From positions 509,386 to 573,385 of the forward strand of contig NW_014577089.1 in NCBI RefSeq assembly GCF_000485595.1: a DNA stretch of 64,000 nt, read 5' to 3'. This DNA is from Priapulus caudatus (lineage: Eukaryota). Below the pieces are notes generated by a model that was given only the letters and a program-made list of their open reading frames with translations, did no database searches and was not told where the DNA came from. The position numbers were made by a program, and so were the translations under genes. This document shows, piece by piece, positions 37,511 to 63,134 of the stretch. Every line of letters begins with the position of its first letter. Within the stretch, counting starts at the first letter, position 1.

Positions 37511-39212
37511 GGTGCCTGAACACATAAATCCAAGGTACCTGACACTGGATTGCATTTGCTGAAGAAGTAGCCAGAAACTCACAATACACGTGATATCAGT
37601 AACAACCATTTAGACGTATAACTTTCTGTTCTTCCCCTTAACTGCAACTTTTCTTCGGAGATTAAATATAATCCAAGCTATATGTGAAGGAATATAGTAT
37701 GACAATTGCTATTTAGGATATTATTCCGTAACGTACGGAATTGAGTTCAGTCCAGTTGAAATGGTGCGGCCATCTTGATTTAATAATACAATTTGACCAT
37801 TTCATTACGTTTGTGCATTTTATCAACTCGTTTGCGTCTGGAATGGATTCAGCATGGTATGAAACACTTAAGAAATTACCACTTTATTCATTTTTACAAC
37901 GACATTTTTGTCACAAAGATTATTGGCATTTTATTGGTGCGCCACTCTTGGATTATTGTTGCTGCAGCACACTATCCTACATAATTTCTGATACTTCCAT
38001 TGTGTTTCTCACATAGTGAAAAACTTTGTGTAGGACACCAAATCATCGCCCAGTGGAATCTCATTCAAAAGTTATTGTAACCTTGTATGATTGGATAACA
38101 GCGGGTATGGTTTCGCCTTCACCTACACTATCTACCGCCTGTATCGCAGCTCAACCTGTTATTGGCGTTGCGCAAGCCTCGTTATCGATCAGGCAACCTG
38201 AATAACTGGCACAGCAAATGACGGCAGGCAAAATGTCTTGCTGCCTGAATTGCTGACTTGGCCGTTACAGCTCTCTGATCTGGGCGCAACGATTTCGTTT
38301 TCGCTGTTGCGGGCTGGCAAGCGCAAGTGGTACAGGCAGGTGAAGGGTAGATGAAGCGTGACCGGAAGCACGCCTGTAACATACAGTGTTAAAGTTATTG
38401 CCGATTTTCCCATAGTTGCGGAGGCAACGGCGGCCCATCTTGGATTTTACGCAAATTTGATTGCATTTTATCAAGTCGTTTGTGGTTGGGAATGGATTCG
38501 AATGTATGAAAACATCAGGAAAATGAACAGCTTTATTCATGTTTGACACGACATTGTCACAAAGATATCGTCATTTTTAAGATATTCCGGAATCGATGTG
38601 GCATCTTGCGATTTTTGCTATTTGTGCGCCCCAGGAAAAGAATTGAGTTTGGCACGATATCTAAAATGCGAGTGTTAATTATATATTAAGCATGTCTGTA
38701 CGAAAATTTTCGGTGCTGTTGAGCACAAATGCAAATCCTTCTGATTATTATACAAACTATCTGGCGCCGCACTTACAAACGTCCTCTGTTGTCATAAATA
38801 AATACGGCACCGGTGGGGAGTGGATAGCAAGTCTCGATGACTATGTACCTTCCAATTTATATTTAATTTTTATTTAATTTTTATTTTATATTTATATTTT
38901 ATATTTCCAATTTTTATTGAATGTATATTCCAATTTTTTCATCGCAGATCGTACCACAGACCTCAAAACATCGGCGGAAAAAAATAGACGCTGGATGCAA
39001 TGACATATAGTCGGTTATTACGCATTTATTACAAGTAGATACAACACTAACAATTTCTGTAAACACATGATCCCTTTCAGTGCTATTTCCTCGCAATGAT
39101 ACGATAGTTCATTTTTACGTACAGGAGGGAATTTCAATGAACAAAACAAAAATTCTATATACGTTTGGATAATAAACGGTAGCATTCATTCTGTACATAC
39201 TCATATATGGTG

Positions 39213-39251
<39 letters not shown>

Positions 39252-39718
39252 TCCAACTGCTTCCATGGCTTGATTCACCTGCCACTAGATACACCTAGAC
39301 CGTAAACAATCGTTACCACGCTATAGCGTAATGTAGCCTGCGTCGCACGTAGCCACATTACTGTACCGCAGTTTTCAGAACATTGCAAACTTCCATATTT
39401 TCCAGACCTATATAATGCGCTTCACAAATGATAACACATTACGTGGCAACTGTACCCTCGTTAGGAATAATAAGCGAGAAGATTCATACAACCGCGGTTA
39501 CTCGATTACGTCGTATGGAAAAGTAACCCTCAAGTTGAAGGGAATGAGACTTCCCCGCTAGACACAAATTCTCCCTAACAGTATACCTATAGGAGAAATC
39601 AGTTATAAAACCTGTAATGACCCCTCTATATAGCTATTTGAATTTTGTTAGTATTTCATATACAAAACTTGGAAAACGCTGACAGATTATTATAAACAAC
39701 AGTTTGAATATAACTAAT

Positions 39719-39761
39719 CAGGAGTAAGATAATAAGGGATAATCCCTTATCTTACCTCCTG
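39719..39761. mobile_element. 43-bp hairpin element with 7-bp TSD (P-superfamily-like)
   Basis: aactaat|caggagtaagataataaggg...cccttatcttacctcctg|aactaat. Confidence 0.8.
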
Positions 39762-40846
39762 AACTAATGATACGTATATATGCATGTATTTATATATATT
39801 TATATATTATATACGTACACATATGTGCAAACACCACTGATTAGTGTCTCACAATTCATTGTAACGTGAACAATTTAATATAAACACTTGATAACTCTAT
39901 AAAATAAACGTTTTAAATAAATAACTTATGCAACACGTATATAGTCCTACAACTCTATACAAACATACAACAGCTGTATTGCCTATAATCAGCAGAACTC
40001 GGTTAACCAGGTTAATGCAATTCTATTACGCCAGTGGTAAATACCAGTAGTAAACGCCATGCCATGTCCGCAGTGTATACTAGGATCTAGGTCGTATACA
40101 CGTATGTATTTGCTTTTCTACCACGTTGGAAGCCAATGGCGTCGTACAGGAGGCGTTCAGTCACAATGCAAACACGTTCGCTATACTGCACGTGTAGATT
40201 GCACGCAAGCAAACAGACCAGCATTCACGATTAGACCCGAGCCAGACAGATGTGGTGTTCCTGTTTGTTTCTCCCGTGTGACAACGGCTATTGCGGCTGC
40301 GACGTTCTACTTTAAAATAAAACGCTTCTTATACTACGTCGTATGCGTAAACGACCCGTGTGGCTTACTGGCTGTGATATGGACAATGTACGATTATTAC
40401 CAGGAGCAGGATTCCCGTTTATTTACGCCCTACGTCAATTGGCGAACCCGTCAAACCAGCATGCCAGGTATCAAACCCAACGTGGACCACAAATATAAAC
40501 ATTGGTACTGGTTTCGAAAGCTATTGGTACTTGCACAATAGTGAACACATTGCGGGGTCTCATTCAAAACCAATCGAGTAACATTTTCTTCTTTCAAATG
40601 TCTACCAAATCGTTCTCCAGCGATACCACGTCGTGCCAGAACGTCCAGGAAAACATACAGGTACAAGAACAAAGACGACCAAATGGGGGTCACAGCAAGT
40701 TGTTTTAATAACGCGTGCTCGTCGTCTTTAATTGTGAGACTTGAGGGGGTTCGGGTGCCATTTTTCACAGCGGCAACTTCCGCGCCAGCAACCAATAGCA
40801 GCACATAATGAGATCTTCTTCTCATCATAATGAGATTTTCTTCTTT

Positions 40847-41341
40847 CCAACCGCTTGTCTCTACGATACTCCTAGGCCGAGATATTGGAGCGTAATCATG
40901 CCTCCCACAGGCCTCACGCCGCCTCGCATCCACAATATTCACTATCCTTCTCGCCTTTTCCGGGTATGGCTATCGTTTTCCGTCGCCGCTTGGAGCGCTG
41001 ATAATTGATGTCACATGCCCAAATTTGGTACTCTTACTACACCATATAGTAACTGAGCTGCGTTGTAGAGACTTAATTTAGAAAACATTGCCGGCTTCAT
41101 CAAGACGGGCATTAGCCGTGCTAGGAAAGACAATGGGAGATAAGGGCATAGGCGATGCCCCCCAAAAGTTACCGATGATAACCGAAACGCCGTTCACTCA
41201 TAAAGTTTTCGCGGAAAAAACCGAACTCTCCCGAAGCGAATGATCGTGAATATTGTGGATGCGAGGCGGCGTGAGGCCTGTGGGAGGCATGATTACGCTC
41301 CAATATCTCAGCCTAGGAGTATCGTAGAGACAAGCGGTTGG
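40847..41341. mobile_element. MITE with about 94-bp near-perfect TIRs and 8-bp TSD
   Basis: ccaaccgcttgtctctacgatactcctagg...cacaatattcac mirrored at 41246-41341; flanks tcttcttt/tcttattt. Confidence 0.88.
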
Positions 41342-42481
41342 TCTTATTTTAGAGAGCAAAGAATGCTGCTTAACGCAATACCAATACTTAGTCTACACCG
41401 CATACAAAGTAGAATAATATTGCCGTGAAATAGCACTATTTTCCCGTTTTCCCGTTGTACACTCTAGGTATTTATTAGCTCTTGATATTATGTTTTGTTG
41501 TGATGTGGCGATACATAGCCGTAGTAAAGCAAAATAAGAATATAGGAACAAGGGAAAATAGGGACGGAGGAACATAGCGTAGACCCCTCCCATGCGCCCG
41601 TCACCCCTAGCAGTCATATCCGACTCGAAGCAGGCGAGTTGGGCGTTTTTCTGCCAAGTGGCCAATCAGAGAACAGCAATCAGGGGCGTGTCCCTCCACC
41701 CTAAGGGGAGAGCACGTTTTTGTTTTAGGCGTCACGCTGGCGGCATGTGATACGTGCAAAAATGCGTATTAGCGTCGCCCCACGCGTACGCTACGGGTCA
41801 AATGTTGAAACGCTTGCCGCCTCGCGGTCGATAACGTAAGAGCTTTGAACATACATAGAGAGGTTGGTAGAAAGAAGAAAAACGCCAACTTGACTGCATA
41901 AAATCGTCAGTGTAAACCCAGCTTGCTCGGCACGCACGCGACATCACTTCGCGCTACAGTCATTAAACAATTCCGGGGAGGGGGTCCCGCTCATCAATCG
42001 ACACCGCCGCTCTCCACAACGCACGTACATCGTATGTGCTAGCAGCAAGTGCGACACCCGCTGGCTATCTGCAACACCCGCTGTTGATTACACATCTCCC
42101 CCTTCGTCTGTTGTACCGCCTACACTATATTCAGATTCTAACCCGTTCACTCGGTGTGCACGTATCAGGGCCGCGAGTGCCTCTGACGTAATTTTGTTGG
42201 CTCCTACCGAAGTGCATGTCGGGATACTGAGCTCCTCATTTATCCACAATACACTGCAATGGGTCTAGAGTCTGAACGCATACAGTCTCTTTAAGCTGTG
42301 ACTTAGCACACGTCCACTGATGCAATTCCCAACAACAATTTCATCATGCAAGAGTCACGCTGAGTTAAACAAAGCTCCCGATGACAGGCCTCAAGGAATT
42401 TTTACAAAACACGTTCCGAAAAACACTGGGAAATACAGTGTGGGACGGTAGTGAAAACAGGGAAGTACAGTAGATTATAAG

Positions 42482-42521
42482 CAGAAGTAGATAATAGGGG
42501 ATTCCCTATTATCTACTTCTG
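42482..42521. mobile_element. 40-bp hairpin element with 7-bp TSD (P-superfamily-like)
   Basis: ttataag|cagaagtagataataggg-gatt-ccctattatctacttctg|ttataag. Confidence 0.88.
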
Positions 42522-45500
42522 TTATAAGGTACCTGTCACGCTCCTGATCAGGTCCGAGTCAGTCATGACTCACAACATTATTGCAAGCGTTTATACCGAC
42601 GTATCTCAACGTTTAAACGTAAACGTAACACTACTCACAATTTTTCGTTCCCATGTGGTAAGGATATCCCCAGTTCCACAAACCTAACCCCGTGCGGCCA
42701 CCAACCATGACTCACAAGCGTGCAACCGTCGGACTGCAGCTTTTACAGACTTGCCCACGGCCTTTGTGAATACCTGTACTTGAATTTTACAACCCACCCC
42801 TCGCTTATATAATTTACAAATCACGCGTCACGCCAAAAGTAGGCTTAAATCATCACGTAATCTATGGAATTAATTCTTTTGTGAATTGATCGTATAATTG
42901 CGTGTTTAATTATTAGTTGGAGTAACGAGGCATCGATTAGATGCCTGCTGTAAGAGAAAGTACTCCTACTAAGTGATGCTAAGCACTGAAGCGGAATAAT
43001 AATGAATGACGAACTGCGCAATGCAGCAAAGTTAGCACGCACCAATAACAACCAAGGACGAACCATTCGTGGAACGCACGAATAACGATTAAACTGGAAA
43101 CAACTAACAATAAACGGCATCGAACCATTTTCATAGTAAGCCACTGTTCATGCATGTTTTGATTAAAATTAGTACCCACTGAATTTGTTGCTATATCAGC
43201 CTGCTAGACGCACTAGACGTTGGCGGGGGAGGTATCGACAAACCCTCTCTGTGATAGAAAAATAATAGAAAAATGTCAACCTATAGTTTGGTCTATCTGC
43301 TATAACTCTTAACACGTTAACTCTCAACTACATTAACAATAGTCGTATAATAGGACCGGCACTATAAGGTCGTTGATACTACAGAGTCAAGTTAGAAACC
43401 GGTAGGCGACCATAAAGCCGTGACTGATTTCACAATCAATGTTCACATATATTGATACTCTTGGTTGAGATGTAATAGTGCACCGACCTCGCGGAATGTT
43501 TCACCGCACGAGTACGGCACCTACGCGACTATAAAAAAGGCAACTTAAAACGACGCGCTGCGGTATAAGAAGTGGTCGTCAGTTGGTCAAGGTCGGGCAA
43601 GGTCGGAACTGCTAACAGTTACAACGTCAGAACAGCTAACAGTCACAAGGTGGGAACAGGTAAACACTACGGTACGTAGACCGTAAGAAAAGACACACTA
43701 GCCGAAGAAATCCGACCAAAGCTATATTTAGCTATTCGTGCCATTGTTCGTCTCCTATTTAACTTGCAAGAAGTTCTATCTAGCTCGTTGTGCAGATTAC
43801 ATAGAGCAAACACCCGTCATTCCAATTTAGCGTTAAAGCCACCCTAAGTACGGCACGGTGCGAACATTTAAGGCATGTACACGTTGATGTTCGATCACCT
43901 AATTAATTACACTAATTGTGCGCGTACTCTCACACGACTATGGCACACATGGACGTAGACAAAGCTGGAGACCACGTGTGCAATTACCTTGAGATTCATG
44001 TGATTACACAACCAAGCCGTTCATCTGTATCCGACCGCACAAAACACCGAGACTTGGAGGGGTGGCGCATGCACCTGGGCTCACACATGTACATGAAAAA
44101 CCCGAATACTCATCACGCAAACCGACACGTGTGTGACACGTCGACGGGGTCCCTACATCACTCTACGAAGCCACCTACACAATCATACCTGCTTATGCAT
44201 TAGCATTGGGGGGCGTACTCAACCAACTATATCTAAACAAGTAGATATGTTTCCGATAGCAGTAGCACGGCCGAAACAAGAAAAACGGCAATGTTGAAAG
44301 CCTCACAGCTTGCGATATTGTGTCACCAACATTTCGCCCGCACATCAGGCGATTCAGTGACGAAGTCGGGATCGAAATCGCCAAAAACCGGCAGGGGAGC
44401 GCTCGACAGTATCAGGGGTTAATAATGACAAATTTGTCAATGAATTTGTCAATGAATTTTATCAAATATTATTCATCACTGATAACATTCACCGACCGTA
44501 TCTGCTGCTCTTTCTGCTCAGCAATATATCGCTGCAGGATTTGTTTGCTGTCCTTTCGTCGTTTAGATTACACCGGCCATCGGATATTTTCTCTTAATGG
44601 CGACCATTAATGTCACGTCACTAAGAAACATCGATGGCGTCTCTGATCACCACGGTGAATGCACCCATGATTAATGACTCACGAAGACTCGCAAGCAAAC
44701 GCTACACGCGATTGAAACACCAGCTCTAAGAATTTTCTTTTGGGTGGGTGGGGTGGGTCAGGAGGAGGAGTAGCAGCTTGCAACCACATAGAGCGTGGTG
44801 AGTGGCTATCTTCATCATAAGGCACACACACCCGAGTTATGTACAGCAGTTTTTCTCTGTGCTAAAGCACACGACGCATACAAGTACAGACGAGAGATAT
44901 CCCCCCTTCTTTCCCTTACAGTGCACTTTGTGAGAATTACGTCACCCGAATGGACGAATTCGCAACCACAGCGAAAAGCTCGGCAAATGTCAAACTGACA
45001 CGACTAATTACGTAACAGCCATTTTAAAACAGCAGCTCCATGAATGGCGCACTTTACCCATTTACCACACACACACACGCGCGCACGCACACACGCACAC
45101 ACACGCACGCACGCATGCACACTTCCCCCAGGACACGTGTAAAACGCTAATGTGCGTTAAAAACTGAAACTGCACACGGCATTTACAGAAATCTATGTCC
45201 ACCAAAGGCTCTGTAACAGAGGCCGTTGCCCCCCATAATATAAACCCATTGCTATTGGTGGGACAAAACAGACGCCCACAAGGCGCTGCTGCTGTTACCG
45301 CCATACACACATTACAAAATGTTCAGGTGTACACGTTTAGCAAAAATAAACGAGGTACCTTTGGCAGACCTAGAGAATCCTTTTTCTAGCACTGGCTATA
45401 CCGCTTACCTACGAGCGACCGAATTCTCGAATAGGGTTTGCTTACTAGCTGCGCGCATTGGAGAATTTTCGCCTGATCGTACAATCTAATTTTTTACATT

Positions 45501-46343
45501 TAAAATAGTTGTGTAGTGCATGATAGCTAAACGTATAATTGTATTAGAGAGGCTTTACTGCTAGGCTGCTGATTTATCCGGCTGTACTTAAGCACATCAA
45601 GTCAAAAATATGATTAAACCCACTTCAAAGAATATATCTCATCTTTTCAATTATTTCTAGTTAGTATGAGATGTCAGTGTACGTTTTTAGTTACTTATAA
45701 TTCAATCACCAAATGCTGCACTAAATAGCCTACATTAATGGAACGTCCGGTTACGTGGCTGATAATTGAATCTCATCTGCTACTTAAATGCCACATGGGA
45801 CTCTGCGATAAAACACGTGTAATTCTTCAATTACGCTTTCAATTATGTAAAGACCAACAACAAACTAAGCACATGCACGCACGCATGCATTCAGTCACAA
45901 GTGCACGTAAACACGTACACAAGAAAGCACGCGTGCGTGTACATCACGCGCGAACATACGCAGAAGAGGTCAACTGAATACCTTTCACGGAACAATTAAT
46001 GCCTCCAAGTTGTGTTTCATTGAAGTTATCAGCCGTTAGATAGGAGCGCAAATATCGAATATATCTTTTACAAAATCGCGTACTTTGTCACTTTACTCGG
46101 CGTGGTCGAGTATTCATAAAAAATACCTACACATTTGTTTTCCCGCAGATAAACTCATAGATACCCTAACCTCTTTACAACTGCTAATTATATCTACAAA
46201 TTTAGATAACAGAAATAACACACTATATCACACCGTTAAAAAAGACATAAAAGTTACATTAAAGTGTCCATACCTGTGTGATATGCACTACACCCCCCCA
46301 CGCACAGTTACGACTTTCCGATCTCATCTGGCGACTTTTTAGC

Positions 46344-57929
<11,586 letters not shown>

Positions 57930-59832
57930 CTGCAGAAAATTAAACCAAATTATTACATTATGATTATGTAAAATTACGAGTCTATCACAAACTTCTGACT
58001 ACGTACACTTAGCATTTCGCACACAGCGAGAAAGAATGCTCCTCACACGCATGCAGGCTTACACGCAGATGGCAGGATTGGAGTGATCATACACCGCGAT
58101 TTTGAGAACGATAATACGTGCGGTATCTGCATGCTGCCCCTACATTTACCTGTGTTACTGTGTAATTCAGCATGCAAGTACATACACGCACGCACGCACA
58201 CACGCACGCACGCACACACGCACACATACACGCACGCACGCCCGCACGATATCTATATATTACGTGGATTTTCATGCGTCATCTATCATTCATGAGTAGT
58301 CAAAGGAGAAATATCAAAGGCACGTCATCCTTTACGTGGTCACCCGGAGCCTGTCTCTCAGAAGCTCACATCGTGGCCAGATGTATTAGGAACTGTGCAG
58401 TGCACACTGCGTTCATTTACATATAGCAATGCAAATATTCGGTTCATGTGAATACGCGTACATTCACAAGGTCCGTATCAATTACATACTAGAGAATTAA
58501 TTTAATTTAATTCTGCAGACGTTTGAAGTGAACCACCGAGTCTACGCAGTATGGTGAACGCATATATATATATGACAAGGGTCTGTGGACGACGCTCTAG
58601 CAATGCAGACACGTTAGCCACAGGAATGCTATAACCAGGAAACACGGATTTATAAGCAGATGTTCACTAATGATATATGTCACGTTCACTAAATAATGAA
58701 TACAATTGCCACTGATTACTGATTATATAACAGCTAGTGAATGACAGTGGACGTGTAGGAACCCAGGAAAAATTATGGAAATTCCACAATTATTTCGAAT
58801 TCAACCATGCCTTACCACTAGTCTACGCGAGTGCCGCCCCGCATTAGCTACACTACGTTAAATAGAAGTATGCGGAGCAGTATTGAAAAATCGTTATTAG
58901 GATGCTAGCTGTTCATATACACACGTGCACGTGGTTGTTGACTAATGAGTGAGCGCATGTATACGCAGTACGAAGCGTGGACAACCTTACATCAAGCATG
59001 CATGGCGCGCCAGTGCCTAATTGCTGATCTCACGGATTCCCCAGCGCGCCGAGTGAGGTCTAGCAGGTCTAGCTTCGCTATCGACGAGACTTCGCACAAT
59101 TTCCGACTCGGCGAAGTTGCTACGTATTCTTCCAAGTTTGAGTGAACTTTTGGAGACTACTCTCAGGTGATCAATAGCAATTTAGGACTTGTTTCCATAG
59201 CAACACATGCGTAGCTGCTACCTGCACAACACGGCTCAAACGGAGTATAACTTTACGTTACGTTTGTCTCCTAGGTTGATAAAACTGTAAAATAACGTTA
59301 ATATCTACATGAATTCCAGATAAACAGTAAGTTTTTACTGTTCATATCATCATTTGTCAAAATATGCATCATAATATTTTTCAACAACCAGTAGGCACAC
59401 AATCAATATTCACGTTTTTGTGTAAGTTGCATTCCTACAATCTCCATAGAGCCACACAAAAAGTAATAAAATAGGTTTTCAGCCAAAAATAATTTCCTGC
59501 GCAGAAATTGCCTCAATGTTTTGCGTGAATTTGCAGTAAACATGTTAGACAGATATATGGATTGGCAGACCAGAAAATGCCATCACGACCGTCTGCGCTG
59601 GATCGATTTCCTAATTACACATTGTCATTATATAAAACATGCTGTCTGTTTGGTTGATCGCAGTACTGGTTTGGCTAGAGCCGGTTGATTATGTTGATTA
59701 AACTAGGTAAGTATGGTCAATTCCTGGGCAATATATTTTAGAACATATCCTATTGCAACAATAATTTGCTAGAGCTGTCTGGAAATCACGTCAAGATAAT
59801 AAGTGAGATCGGAAAGTCTCAGCGTCAATTAA

Positions 59833-60761
59833 AGGACAATTGAAGTCAAATTTCATAACTTCTGTAACGTTTTTATACATAGAAATACATTCAATAACGT
59901 ATTCAATTTCAAATCTAGCGCCCAATTAGTAATAAACACAATAGAAATAACTGAATAGTAATCTAGGTCATGTGACGTCACAGCCCCATGTTGAGCGACG
60001 CCATTATGTAAACATAGTGTGTGCGGTGGTTAAATATTCGTTGTTTTTTGTTATTTCTCATGCTTTATCATGTCAAGACACAAACACAAAACTGTAAATG
60101 TACTTATATTCATGTACATACATATTACCTGTGTGGATAATGCATTCACGGTATATGTACATGACTTGCCGTGCGTAGATACATGTACATGTACAGATAC
60201 ATGATTCTGATCGAGCGTGATAAGCCCGGTGATCAGTGTACTCGCATGACTAACCTGGTCTAGCGTCGAACTGGTCTACAATAACCCTGGTCTTCTCATT
60301 CTCATGGCAGCATATACATTCAGGTGCCGTACTCATTAATTCACAAACACCACAAGAACACCAGTATTTGTCTACAGTCCTATCGGGTACCGAAGCTTCC
60401 ATTCCGCCATGTTGTGACTGTTCTGATTCTTGAGAAGTTTGTGCCGATTCTTTGCGTTGCTTTTTCAGACTATTCTCCTCAATTTCTTCTTATAGATTAT
60501 GATTATGGATATAGGCTCAAACCTATATCCAACTGGTAAATCACTATAAATATCATCATCATCTGAGTAATCACTAGAATTGATCATTGAAATTATCGCC
60601 GTCTGTTTCCATCTTATACACAACACTCAACTTGCGTTAGCGTGGCGTCGCTCAACATGGGGCCATGACGTCACATGGGATTTGAAATGGAATACGTTAT
60701 TGAATGTATTTCTATGTATAAAAACGTTACAGAAGTTATGAAATTTGACTTCAATTGTCCT
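59833..60761. mobile_element. MITE with about 70-bp TIRs, inner subterminal IR and TTAA TSD (Kolobok-like)
   Basis: ttaa|aggacaattgaagtcaaatttcataacttctgtaacg, mirrored ...caattgtcct|ttaa; second IR catgtgacgtca..ccccatgttgagcgacgcca. Confidence 0.9.
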
Positions 60762-61707
60762 TTAAGGTCAAAGGTCAAAGGTCAAAGGTCAAGCGGTATA
60801 ACATTGCCTCGGTGCGCCATTGGCAAGTACGCGAAAAATTAGATCACTCGTGCGTTTTTCGTTTCTGTACCAACACAAACAGTGCAAAATATCCCAAATT
60901 CACATGATGCCCCTGACATCTGTTCACACTGGTTTCAGTCCTGCCTAACCATCACTACAGAGTTATACCACAAAGATTGAAACAAAACGGAATACCAACT
61001 CGATACATTCCGAAAGCAATTCATTTATTTAGTTGTTCTATTCAGCGTCGCACACGTGGTTATTTGTATTGTGCGTGAAAGAATACATGAATGTGAAATG
61101 ACCATGTGAGGCACGACTACCTTTGTTAGCTGGCCGTTAACAAAATGACAGCAAAATTAGTTATCAGCTATAATCATTTACTCCTTGTGTTTTTGGAAAG
61201 TAAACGATACTAAAACTAATAGAATTTTGTGATAATGAAATCAAATGGCTGTCCAAATTTGTCCAGCAGAGACTCTCGCCATGTTATGCATTTGAACATT
61301 TTTATAGAAATTGGGATACCAATGATTTTACTTTAAGAAAACTAAACGTGTTAAAAATAGTATGATCATTCTGAATGTAACTTGTATAAGATTCCGACAG
61401 CGGACAAAGCTGCTGATCGAGTTTCATCTATGTTGTGTTCACTATAAAATGCGAGTTGCAGATTACCGCCTATTTTTTGTTGATTTCTGGCACGTGCACC
61501 AACACAATTCATCGTTTTAGGTCGAAGTTTTTACTGTGAGTTGGTCGTATCTGTAAACCAATAAGATTTCTTTTTGGTAGATTTCAGTCACCTAACTACA
61601 AGTCAATCACTTACTATTTGGTGCGTATATAAGTAACATACATGCATCTTGTCTATACGTTCGCGTGCTTGAGATTGCAGGTACGTTGTATCACGTATCA
61701 CAGGTAT

Positions 61708-61787
61708 CAGGAGTAGATAATAGGGAATAATTCCCTATTATATATTATATATTTCCCTAGGGAATAATTCCCTATTATCTACTCCTG
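61708..61787. mobile_element. 80-bp hairpin element with 7-bp TSD and internal duplication (P-superfamily-like)
   Basis: caggtat|caggagtagataatagggaat...attccctattatctactcctg|caggtat. Confidence 0.88.
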
Positions 61788-62039
61788 CAGGTATGTATCT
61801 CAACCCGTGATCACTCTGTAATCTAGACACCTGCTGTATCAGATTTTCATGATAGAAACATTTTAAATCCCTTCTAATCCGCCTTCGCCTGTCAACCATG
61901 GCTGCCAACTAACTGAGCTGTCACTGCCTGCGCATACAACTAAAAGGTGAGTTGATATCTGTGGGACTGAGCAAACTCATAAGCCACACTGCACGCACAA
62001 CGTAATATGACAGGCTCTTAGCCATCGTACAATTTCACG

Positions 62040-62241
62040 GGTGATACTCCATTAGGAGTGTTCCCAACTTTAATGTCATTAATGGTCATAATAACATATA
62101 TATATATATATGGTCATGGTCATATATTAGTTTGTGGTTTAATGTCATTTAGGTTAGAGTTAGGGTTAGGGTTAGGATTATCAATCATTAATCATTAATG
62201 ATATCAAAGTTGGGAACACTCCTAATGGAGCGTTATAGCCC
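62040..62241. mobile_element. About 200-bp MITE with 8-bp TSD and internal TTAGGG repeats
   Basis: atttcacg|ggtgatactccattaggagtgttcccaacttt...aaagttgggaacactcctaatggag..gccc|atttcacg. Confidence 0.8.
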
Positions 62242-63134
62242 ATTTCACGACAGACCACACAAATTGCATGGAAGAAATTAAAAGGCATGGAATGTGCGCG
62301 GGAAGGTATAGATCAAGGGTCGGGTGCTAAACTTAATATGGAAAGGAAAAAACTTTCTTTTCCAAACACGTATTTATTATACAGGAGTGATAGAGTAAAT
62401 ACTCTAATTATAATAAACAAAATCACCAGTGACATTTCAGTGATACTGAATGATATCAGCACTGGTCCACTGGGTTTGATCATTTCAGTCAGCTGAGAGC
62501 TTTTTAAGCAAGGGACTATTTATTTAGAATTTGTTGAACTAGCAATTGCAACCATGCAGGCGAGCCGGGTTAGACCCGCGGACTGTATGTTGCCGACACC
62601 CGGTATGGATGGACGGCCATACTGATACCAACAATCTTTTACCTTTCTTCTTGAGAAATCGACTGACAAAAAAGAACATCGGACAATACAAAAGAAAAGG
62701 GGCGTTGTCTAGGGGCGGGGTACTCTGTATGTACTTGTGTGTGCGTGTTATAATAACACACGTATAATGCGTTAAAAAATATGTAAGAAATAATCTTACA
62801 CAACACTTGGGAACCTTACAACCTACACAGGTGTATATGGTTACATAATTATAATCCGTCCAAACAGGGAATTTCCCGACGCTTTTTAGATCAAGTGCTT
62901 AGCATAGATAAAATTTCAAAAAAAGTAAAAAATTGAAACTAATTCATCTCACTTTTGCAAAATTATGCAAATAAAATTATAAATATTTATGAAATATAAT
63001 ATATAAAATAAATGAATTATTGGAAAATTATGCAAATAATTGCGAACTTTTACAGTTAGCTAGTATAGTTACAGAAGCACGCAGTATCACTCTCATTATA
63101 AGCTTCCCGTTAGAAGTGTACAGAAATCCATTCA

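Noticed and set aside
36239..37545. Long Ser/Leu and Arg/Glu ORFs (up to 426 aa)
   Set aside because: Translations of the (CT)n tract.
37555..37585. ctgaagaag...gaaactc hammerhead-like words
   Set aside because: No helix II or helix I pairing.
40059..41428. ORFs of 160/163 aa and two ORFs sharing NIVDARRREACGRHDYAPIS
   Set aside because: The shared peptide is just the two arms of a MITE TIR; no recognisable domain.
60129..60170. Apparent IIH-containing upstream STK32 exon with a gtaat donor
   Set aside because: Wrong phase for HRD, in-frame stop in the required phase, and it lies inside a MITE.
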